Positions 39,888-47,230 of a stretch of DNA of 64,000 bases are shown in pieces. The notes under the pieces were generated by a model, which saw only the letters and a list, made by a program, of their open reading frames with translations, was not told the origin of the DNA and searched no databases. Positions within the stretch are counted from its first letter, which is position 1; every line of letters starts with the position of its first letter. The translations under genes and the position numbers were made by a program. The DNA is from an uncultured Candidatus Saccharibacteria bacterium (lineage in GTDB: Bacteria; Patescibacteriota; Minisyncoccia; Phycocordibacterales; WO2-35-19): assembly GCA_964534305.1 (NCBI GenBank), contig CAZHPR010000002.1, positions 27,986 to 91,985 on the forward strand, given 5' to 3'.

Positions 39888-40946
39888 TTATGGTTTTGGA
39901 GGATCCTGCTGGTTGGCGATGAGTGAAGTATTTGCTCCACCCTCGACAAGGGTTGTGAGTTTTCCACCCACCATCCTTTGTCGTAGAAGGTCTTTGTAAT
40001 TCTCACCCGCCGCATTTTTTTCTGCTGTAATTCTTGAGGACTCACCTTCTCCAAGGAGGATTAATTCCCTCTTTTTCCCCTCAGCTATAGTGATTGTTGC
40101 GTCCCTCTCGGCTTGAGCCCTGGTTCTCTCGACGTCGGCGTCCCTCTCGGCTTCTGCGCGCCTGATATTTGCAGCTTCGTACTCCTTGTTGGGTGTGATT
40201 CCAGATATCGAGATATGCAGGATATCAACACCAACTTGTTCCTCGAGCAACCTTCTGAAGTCGCTCACATTTCCTTGCTTGCCGATAATGTAATCGGTGA
40301 AATCCTTGGATATGCTCTTGCGTGCTTCTCTCACCATGTTTTCATAGGTGAAATCACCACAGAAATCCTTGAGCTCTGCTTGGAGTCTGGGCACGAGCGC
40401 TCCACCGAACCAGTCGCCTCGGTTTTGCATCAAGGCAATCATCGGCCGAACGATCCTCACCCTGAAGGTGAGTTCAAAACCGATCGGAATTAATGGTTGT
40501 TTGGCGTCTGGATCTCTGACTTCACCGCGCATCTCGATTCCTTTGAATGGTAGTGCATACTGCGATTCAAATGGTGTGATGTAGATGATCTCTGGTGCGT
40601 GAGCGATGACGCTATGTGAAGCGTCGCCGTCATCTATTTGGTATTTTGACCAGGAGAACTTATAGCGGTACATTCCCTGGAATGGCGGTACCCCGACAAA
40701 ATGGTAGCCAAGTTGGTCTTGACAAAGTTCGTCAAAAAAACCAATTGGTTGCCGGTCCCCGGTATCCTTGACGAAAACAAAGTCTTCGTTCACGCCCCAA
40801 CCACGGACGTTGTGAATGATCCGGCGAAGTTTTTCACCTCTTACGATTAGGATAAAGCGCTCTTGTGGGCAGGTTGTAAACAGTGAATACTTTGGTAGTA
40901 TCCTTGCTTCTTCCTGCTGGGGAATAGTTTTTGTTGCTGAAGCCAT
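39888..40946 (-). CDS. Divergent SPFH/band-7-like protein
   Basis: GV.I..ISI..I followed by an AEAERDA..RAQAERDA..AEG coiled coil; AAGGAGGAG SD. Confidence 0.55.
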   Translation of the reverse strand: MASATKTIPQQEEARILPKYSLFTTCPQERFILIVRGEKLRRIIHNVRGWGVNEDFVFVKDTGDRQPIGFFDELCQDQLGYHFVGVPPFQGMYRYKFSWSKYQIDDGDASHSVIAHAPEIIYITPFESQYALPFKGIEMRGEVRDPDAKQPLIPIGFELTFRVRIVRPMIALMQNRGDWFGGALVPRLQAELKDFCGDFTYENMVREARKSISKDFTDYIIGKQGNVSDFRRLLEEQVGVDILHISISGITPNKEYEAANIRRAEAERDADVERTRAQAERDATITIAEGKKRELILLGEGESSRITAEKNAAGENYKDLLRQRMVGGKLTTLVEGGANTSLIANQQDPPKP

Positions 40947-41042
40947 GGGCTCCTCCTTACCTCTCTTATTTTTTCATCGATCTAGTCTACTTACAATTAT
41001 ATCACATTTGCAATATAAACGCAAATAGTATAGAATTGAGGC

Positions 41043-41381
41043 AGGTTTCCTTTCCGGATGGTTACTCCTCACTATAAAAATGGTGGGGGGAGGAAAGTCC
41101 GAACACAGCCCTATTTTTTAGGGAGCAGGTAATGGGTAACACCCATCGGGGTAATCCTAGAGATGCGAACAGAAACGACCCGGTTAAGTCCGGCTGAAAC
41201 GGCTAAATTCTTATCTCTGTGCAAGGCCGTACTCAAGTAGCAATACTTGTTTGTGCCGCTAAAATCTTTAGACTTGTTTTAGATTTTATCTTGAGCCTGT
41301 CGAAAGATGTGAGGTTGTCGGCAACGACAATCCCAGATAAATACCATTTAAACAGAATTCGGCTTATGAGAGAGGAGACCT
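41043..41381 (+). ncRNA. rnpB: RNase P RNA
   Basis: GAGGAAAGTCC near the 5' end and AACAGAA..CGGCTTA near the 3' end; terminal P1 pairing; terminator follows. Confidence 0.95.
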
Positions 41382-41389
41382 AAAAGTGC

Positions 41390-41417
41390 AAAAGCCGCCC
41401 TAACGGGCGGCTTTTGC
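41390..41417. terminator. Intrinsic terminator after rnpB
   Basis: AAAAGCCGCCC-TAAC-GGGCGGCTTTT. Confidence 0.85.
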
Positions 41418-41485
41418 TATTATTAAAATAATTTTCAAACTTCTATTTTTTTGTATTTAAAGAAGGGGACGGCGTACCGTCCCCT

Positions 41486-42031
41486 TCAGGGTTGGAGCTC
41501 CCGGGTAAGTAAGGGTAAAACGTAGTCCCTGATCTTATCCCACGGATAAAGAATTTTTTTTGGGTCTCTTGCGTCGTCAGTGTGGTCACCGATTTTCTCG
41601 ATGGCGACTCCGAATTCTTTGACTACACATCGAGTCACGTAACGGTGTTGCATTATTGCCTCTTGCAGTTTAGCCTGAGAGCTTGGGCTCAATGGTTTGT
41701 TCAGTCTGAACAGAAGAAAGTTTTTTCCCGATAAAGGGGTAAACCTGTCCGATTCTGATTTCCCAAGTTCCTTGCTAGAGTTTTCGATCGACAGATCGTA
41801 TTTGACACCCTTTACTCCAGGGAGGTCATCTCCCTGAACTATCTTTATGGTGTCTACGATGGGCGCCTCTACGTTCTGTGTGTTTTGGTTTTTGAACAAC
41901 ACAGAAGCAACAACTACTATCAAAATTCCACAAACAAAAGCGATGGAAGCTCTTATGATTCTGGGTTTTTTGTACCATTTGACCCTCCGGCGTCTGCGAG
42001 AGACGGGAGGGTCATGGGATGGGGGACTCAT
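41486..42031 (-). CDS. Hypothetical single-TM exported protein
   Basis: Arg-rich N-terminus then TM; ATG overlaps the upstream stop (ATGA). Confidence 0.6.
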   Translation of the reverse strand: MSPPSHDPPVSRRRRRVKWYKKPRIIRASIAFVCGILIVVVASVLFKNQNTQNVEAPIVDTIKIVQGDDLPGVKGVKYDLSIENSSKELGKSESDRFTPLSGKNFLLFRLNKPLSPSSQAKLQEAIMQHRYVTRCVVKEFGVAIEKIGDHTDDARDPKKILYPWDKIRDYVLPLLTRELQP

Positions 42032-42126
42032 TTTACCCCCAGGAACATCAGTGCGAACGTTGCTCCTGCGAAGAGCGGCAAGACAATCCAAATTGCCTCA
42101 CCCTTGATTACTGACAGTGTCCTCAT
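42028..42126 (-). CDS. 32-aa hydrophobic peptide (not in ORF track)
   Basis: AAAGGAGG SD; MRTLSVIKGEAIWIVLPLFAGATFALMFLGVK; coupled to the next gene. Confidence 0.55.
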   Translation of the reverse strand: MRTLSVIKGEAIWIVLPLFAGATFALMFLGVK

Positions 42127-42206
42127 AGAGGAACCTCCTTTCTTGTCCTTAACTATTATATACTATCCAAAACAATTTGTCCACTATCTATTTTGTAAAA
42201 TATGTG

Positions 42207-42287
42207 TGCCCAGGGTGGGACTTGAACCCACACTTCTTACGAAACTCGATCTTAAGTCGAGCGCGTCTACCATTCCGCCACCCGGGC
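42207..42287 (-). tRNA. tRNA-Leu(TAA)
   Basis: CTCGA-CT-TAA-GA-TCGAG, variable arm, GGTTCAAGTCC. Confidence 0.96.
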
Positions 42288-42291
42288 AATG

Positions 42292-42363
42292 AGGCCTAGG
42301 GCGGAATTGAACCGCCGTATATTCCTTTTGCAGAGGAATGCCTTACCACTTGGCTACTAGGCC
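42292..42363 (-). tRNA. tRNA-Cys(GCA)
   Basis: GGCCTAG/CTAGGCC acceptor stem, CT-GCA-AA loop, U73. Confidence 0.96.
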
Positions 42364-42431
42364 TGATAATACTTAAATTAGCTTACCATAAAAATAGTTT
42401 TATGGTATATTCTTAGATACAAAATAATATA

Positions 42432-42504
42432 CCGCCCATAGCTCAGTTGGTAGAGCAGCTCCCTCTTAAGGAGATGGTCGTAGGTTCGACTCCTACTGGG
42501 CGGA
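42432..42504 (+). tRNA. tRNA-Lys(CTT)
   Basis: CCGCCCA/TGGGCGG acceptor stem, CT-CTT-AA loop. Confidence 0.94.
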
Positions 42505-42508
42505 CACT

Positions 42509-42591
42509 GCTGGGGTGGCGGAATTGGTATACGCGCTAGTCTTAGGAACTAGTTCCCTTGTGGATTAGGAGTTCAAGTCTCCTCCCCAGCA
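42509..42591 (+). tRNA. tRNA-Leu(TAG)
   Basis: CTAGT-CT-TAG-GA-ACTAG, variable arm. Confidence 0.96.
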
Positions 42592-42750
42592 CAAAAATGA
42601 GTCCAGCGAATTTTTGTGCTGGGGAGCGCATCTTTTTGCTTTGCAAAAAGGAGAAAGACTTGAAAGACGGAGGCTCTATGAGCCGAGTCGGGGTCGAGCA
42701 AAAATTCAACAGAATTTTATGCGTGACCAAGTCTCCTCCCCAGCACAAAA
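42592..42750 (+). mobile_element. Miniature tRNA-linked element, copy at tRNA-Leu(TAG)
   Basis: 23-bp direct repeat of the tRNA 3' end (42574-42596 = 42728-42750), an inverted copy, and a core shared with 29136-29289. Confidence 0.7.
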
Positions 42751-42751
42751 T

Positions 42752-43078
42752 TTATTCACTTAATAACTCGTCGATGCGTTGACGGTTGCGTTCGCCTTGG
42801 TCTAGAAAAAACTTTATTTGTGGAGCAAAACCAAAGGCTCGTGTTTCTGTAAGATGTCTTCTAAAATCTCTGCTTTTTCTGTTCATAAATTCAAGTACCG
42901 ATTCTTCTTTGTTCTCTGGTAGTACCGTAAAAAATACTTTTGCATTTTTGCCTCTATTTTCTATTTCTGTTTTGGTGATGGTGATGAGGGCATCTCTATT
43001 TGACTCTATGTTGAAGTACTTTGAGGCCAACTCAGTAATAAGAGAAGACATTCTTTCGTCTTTGAAGTTATGTATCAT
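42752..43078 (-). CDS. rbfA: Ribosome-binding factor A
   Basis: LITIT......AKVF, P.I.F..D.G.....RIDELL; follows infB. Confidence 0.9.
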   Translation of the reverse strand: MIHNFKDERMSSLITELASKYFNIESNRDALITITKTEIENRGKNAKVFFTVLPENKEESVLEFMNRKSRDFRRHLTETRAFGFAPQIKFFLDQGERNRQRIDELLSE

Positions 43079-43079
43079 T

Positions 43080-44567
43080 TTAGCCTTTTACTTTTGAAAC
43101 AGATTTTATAATATCTCCAGGCACTATCTCTATTTTTGATTCGATCATCATGCCAAACTCAGATCCTTCTAGTACCGAACTAGTTTTTACTTTTTGGTTT
43201 TGTAGTTCTTTTATTTTTCCATCGCCAATCTCGTTTTCTCTCCTTATAATTTTTATATTATCACCAACCTTTATTTCGCCAGTTATAACTCTACCTCCGG
43301 CAACATGTTTATCTTTGTTGGTACTAAAAGTTTTTAGTATCTTAGCTTCTCCGGTTGTGATCTCTACCATCTCGGTTGGAGTTTCTTCTATCAATCTCTC
43401 ACTTATCCAATCCTTGAGATCGTATATGATGTTAAATTTTTTTATTTGCACTGAGTCCCTTTGAGAGAGCACCTCAGCATTCTTGTCAGAGTCAACATTG
43501 AAGCCTACAAGATAAGCCTTGCCGGCGGAAGCACTTTTAACGTCTTTTTCTGTTATATTACCAACACCTTGACTTATGACTCTTACATGGATTCTTTCGT
43601 TTTTTAGTTTTTTTAACTCATAGATTATCGCATCCAGTGATCCAATGGTGTCCGCCTTTATTATAACGTTTAAACTTTTGGTATTTAGATCGTCTTCTAG
43701 GTCATGAGGGTTTACAGTTATTTTTCTTGAGGAGAATTCCTCGGCTTCCTTTTTTGTTTTAAAGGATGTGAACTCGCTTCCGACTATCGGCATATTGTTC
43801 CACCCTACAATACGCACTGGGCTAGAGAAAGAAGCTGAGTTTATATTTTTACCCATAAAGTTTTCTATATTTCTTACTGGAGCAAAGGCACCTTCGGTCG
43901 CAACAAAATGACCTTTTTCTAAAGTTCCATTTTTGATGATAAGGGAGGCAGAGATTCCTTTTTTTGGATCAAGGTTGCTCTCTATTACAAATCCATGAGC
44001 CAATTCACCGCTCTCTCCTTGCAGTTCAAGAAGATCTGCTTGTAAGACAATCATCTCCAAAAGTTCTGGTACCCCAGTTCCGTGTTTTGCTGATATAGGG
44101 ACTACTGGTACTATACCACCCCAACCCTCTACAAAAATTTCATTTTCGGCCAAGTTCTGTTTTGTTTTGTCTACGTTTGCTCCCGGCTTGTCTATTTTGT
44201 TGATGGCGATTATAAAAGGTAGGCAATCAGCTTTGATACAACCGAGCGCTTCTAGGGTTTGTGGCTTCACGCCGTCCTCGCCAGAGACGACAAGTACCGC
44301 AATGTCTGCAACCCTAGAACCTCGTTCTCTTACTTTGCAAAAAGCTTCATGCCCCGGGGTATCAAGGAAGGTGATGGTTCTTTTGTTTTCTCCTTCTTCA
44401 ACGAGAACTTCATAAGCAGAAATATGCTGGGTTATACCGCCAGCTTCGCCTTCTACCACCTTGGTCTTTCTTATATAATCAAGCAGAGTTGATTTACCGT
44501 GGTCAATATGACCCATAACAACCACGACAGGTGGGCGCGCTATTTTTTTGTTCGCGTTTTTATCCAT
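43080..44567 (-). CDS. infB: Translation initiation factor IF-2 (short form)
   Basis: RPPVV.VMGHIDHGKSTLLD, GGITQH, DTPGHEAF, NKID. Confidence 0.97.
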   Translation of the reverse strand: MDKNANKKIARPPVVVVMGHIDHGKSTLLDYIRKTKVVEGEAGGITQHISAYEVLVEEGENKRTITFLDTPGHEAFCKVRERGSRVADIAVLVVSGEDGVKPQTLEALGCIKADCLPFIIAINKIDKPGANVDKTKQNLAENEIFVEGWGGIVPVVPISAKHGTGVPELLEMIVLQADLLELQGESGELAHGFVIESNLDPKKGISASLIIKNGTLEKGHFVATEGAFAPVRNIENFMGKNINSASFSSPVRIVGWNNMPIVGSEFTSFKTKKEAEEFSSRKITVNPHDLEDDLNTKSLNVIIKADTIGSLDAIIYELKKLKNERIHVRVISQGVGNITEKDVKSASAGKAYLVGFNVDSDKNAEVLSQRDSVQIKKFNIIYDLKDWISERLIEETPTEMVEITTGEAKILKTFSTNKDKHVAGGRVITGEIKVGDNIKIIRRENEIGDGKIKELQNQKVKTSSVLEGSEFGMMIESKIEIVPGDIIKSVSKVKG

Positions 44568-44583
44568 AACCTTTTATCTTTAC

Positions 44584-45048
44584 TTACTTTTGTTTGCCTA
44601 GAGATTTTTGTTCTTCATCTGAAAGATCATGCGTACTTTTCCAACCCTGTACTGGTTTTACGAATATGTTGGTCCTTTCTCTAGTATGAATACTAGAGAG
44701 TATAGACCCATTGCCTTCTTCGTCAACCAGGGCAACAGAGAAGCTGTTGTTGCCGCCTACACTACCATCATCAAACGGATTAAATCTTATTGCTTGTTTA
44801 CTGGAGACCTTTTCTCTTATTCGGCTATCAACCTTTTTGAAATAGTCTACCGCGCTGTTTCTAAACTCTATAAGCTCTTCTATTACTGAACCATGTTTGC
44901 CGATTACGCTCTCTAGGCTCTTACCGTCTCCACTTCGGAGTAGTTTGTTTATCCTTGATAGGATGTATATAAAAAGTCCTATATTTATAAACCCCAAAAG
45001 GAGGGAAAGAAGGAGAGCAACGTTGTTTGGTGTAGGTTCTATATTCAT
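44584..45048 (-). CDS. DUF4446-like membrane-anchored protein
   Basis: RFNPF....GG..SFS.AL.D..GNG..LSS...R...F.KP......S...LS.EE. Confidence 0.75.
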   Translation of the reverse strand: MNIEPTPNNVALLLSLLLGFINIGLFIYILSRINKLLRSGDGKSLESVIGKHGSVIEELIEFRNSAVDYFKKVDSRIREKVSSKQAIRFNPFDDGSVGGNNSFSVALVDEEGNGSILSSIHTRERTNIFVKPVQGWKSTHDLSDEEQKSLGKQK

Positions 45049-45126
45049 ATAACTTATGTAAATGAATTACTTGACCATTCTACATTTTTTGTTGTTAATT
45101 TGCAAAATTTGAGGTAGAAATAGGTT

Positions 45127-46317
45127 GTGGCCAAAAAGATAAACCAAAAAAGAATATACCTTGATTATGCCGCAAGCACCCCTATAGACAAGAGGGTTTC
45201 TTTGGTTATGAGTAGAGCTGAGTCCAAGTTTTGGGCAAACCCAGCTTCGCTTCATGCTGAAGGGGATTTGGCAAAGAACGCTTTAGAAGATTGTAGAAAA
45301 AGAGCCGCAAGAATATTGCACTCTAGAAGTAGCGAAATATTTTTTACATCTGGCGGTACTGAAGGTCTCAATATTGCGATCCAAGGAATTGTAAAAAAAG
45401 CTTTGGATAAAAAAAAGACGGTTCACGTTGTAGTAAGCAGTATCGAACATCCAGCCGTACTTGAACCAATAAAAAACCTTTTGGAGAAAAAGCTTGTAGA
45501 AGTTTCTTTCGTTGTACCCGGTGAGAACGGTTTAGTAAAACCTGCTTCAATCCAAAAGGAGTTGCGGGATAATACGGTCCTTGTTGCCTTGATGCATTCA
45601 AACAACGAAATAGGTACTATACAACCAGTAAGCAAAATCTCTTCTATAATAAAAGAATTTAGAAAAGGCAAAGACAAAAATAACTTCTCTACAATCGATT
45701 ACCCTTATTTGTTGGTAGATGCATCTCAGTCTGTTGTCTATGAGGATGTTTCGATAGAAAGACTGGGTGCTGATATCTTGGTGATTGATGGTATAAAAAT
45801 GTATGGTCCTAGGGGGGCGGGGATTATGTGTATAAAAAATGGGATAGACCTAGACCCTCTTACCTTTGGTGGTGGACAAGAGTCTGGCAAAAGACCAGGT
45901 ACTCAAAATGTTATCAGTATTATGGGTATGATAGAAGCTCTAGAAATTGCAGAAAAGGAAAGAGAGAAAGAATCAAAAAGAATTTTAAAAATAAGAGATT
46001 ATGCGATAAATAAGATCCTAAAAGAAGTACCTGGCTCGTCTTTGAATGGTGGTCTGGAGAGTAGGCTACCGAATAATATAAATATTTGTATAGAGGGAAC
46101 CGATAGTGAATTTTTGGTTATCAAGCTAGATACCCTAGGGTTTGCAGTTTCAGCCGCTTCTGCTTGTAGTAGTTTGTCTCTGGAAAATTCTTCTTATGTG
46201 ATAGAGGCTCTTGGCAAAAAGGGTTGCGGTTCATCATCACTTAGATTTACTCTTGGTAAAGGTACAAAAAAATCTGACGTTGACAAACTCATATCAACAC
46301 TAAAAAGAATAATTTAA
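45127..46317 (+). CDS. iscS: Cysteine desulfurase (IscS/NifS-like)
   Basis: IYLDYAASTP, FTSGGTE, NNEIGTIQP, K.YGP.G, SACSS, SLRF. Confidence 0.9.
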   Translation: MAKKINQKRIYLDYAASTPIDKRVSLVMSRAESKFWANPASLHAEGDLAKNALEDCRKRAARILHSRSSEIFFTSGGTEGLNIAIQGIVKKALDKKKTVHVVVSSIEHPAVLEPIKNLLEKKLVEVSFVVPGENGLVKPASIQKELRDNTVLVALMHSNNEIGTIQPVSKISSIIKEFRKGKDKNNFSTIDYPYLLVDASQSVVYEDVSIERLGADILVIDGIKMYGPRGAGIMCIKNGIDLDPLTFGGGQESGKRPGTQNVISIMGMIEALEIAEKEREKESKRILKIRDYAINKILKEVPGSSLNGGLESRLPNNINICIEGTDSEFLVIKLDTLGFAVSAASACSSLSLENSSYVIEALGKKGCGSSSLRFTLGKGTKKSDVDKLISTLKRII

Positions 46318-46355
46318 ATTGTTTTTGTTTTTTGTTTTTGATAAAATAATTGCAA

Positions 46356-47165
46356 ATGGAAGATCTCACTAAACATCAACTAATATTGCTCACCCTGCTG
46401 GTAAGCTTTGTGACTTCTATTGCGACAGGCATCATTACTTATACATTGTTGCAGGAAGCTCCAGTTGAGGTAACTCAAACCATCAATCGTGTGGTAGAAA
46501 AGACCATAGAAAGAGTTGTGCCTGAAGAGGGTGGTGGCGGAGAGACCATAAAGGAGGTTACTACAGTTGTAAGTGAAGAAGACTTGGTCCTTGATTCTAT
46601 AGATAAGAATTCAAAATCTATAGTTAGATTAAAGACAGTTGGATTTGATGGTTCGGAGATATTTTCTGGTATAGGCATCGTTGTTTCTGATAGTGGAGTT
46701 ATTGCTGTAGATAGCGACAGCTTTGTCTCCGGTAATTACAGCGCAACTTTTTATGACGGAGCGATCTATAACATTTCAAAAAGCTACAAGGATTCAATTT
46801 CAGGATTTACATTTCTAAAGATAGGCAAGGCGGCAAGCGATACTTACAAGTTTTATCCAGTATCATTCGGTAATCCGAACTCATTAAGACTTGGTCAAAC
46901 TGTTATAGCAATATACGGTAGAGACAGAAACGCCGTCTCTATCGGTAGGGTTTCAGATCTAAAAAAGAATGATAACGGGGCGATAACGCAGATAGGTACT
47001 GATATAAAGTTTTTAAAACAAAACCTGGGAAGTCCGATAGTCAATCTTTCTGGAGATGTTATCGGTATAGAGAAAAAAGAGGATGATGTTTTTGCTCACT
47101 CCTATATCCCAATCATAGATCTGCAAAAATCCATAAAAACAGCCGTTACCGAGCTCTCAAAATAA
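46356..47165 (+). CDS. Membrane-anchored trypsin-like (S1C) fold protein, catalytic motif degenerate
   Basis: L.LGQTVIA, GSP.VNL.G.VIGI; GNSGG replaced by QNLGS. Confidence 0.7.
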   Translation: MEDLTKHQLILLTLLVSFVTSIATGIITYTLLQEAPVEVTQTINRVVEKTIERVVPEEGGGGETIKEVTTVVSEEDLVLDSIDKNSKSIVRLKTVGFDGSEIFSGIGIVVSDSGVIAVDSDSFVSGNYSATFYDGAIYNISKSYKDSISGFTFLKIGKAASDTYKFYPVSFGNPNSLRLGQTVIAIYGRDRNAVSIGRVSDLKKNDNGAITQIGTDIKFLKQNLGSPIVNLSGDVIGIEKKEDDVFAHSYIPIIDLQKSIKTAVTELSK

Positions 47166-47230
47166 TCTTGATTTTGCAATCCAAATAGTGTATAATAATC
47201 GAAGTTATTATTGAAAAATAAAGGTATTTT

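Noticed and set aside
38304-42126. Prophage or integrative island
   Set aside because: No integrase or phage structural genes, no flanking att pair, and rnpB lies in the middle.
43080-44567. Short IF2, short ValRS and Rel without the distal regulatory domains as pseudogenes
   Set aside because: Catalytic motifs are intact; streamlined forms are expected in reduced genomes.
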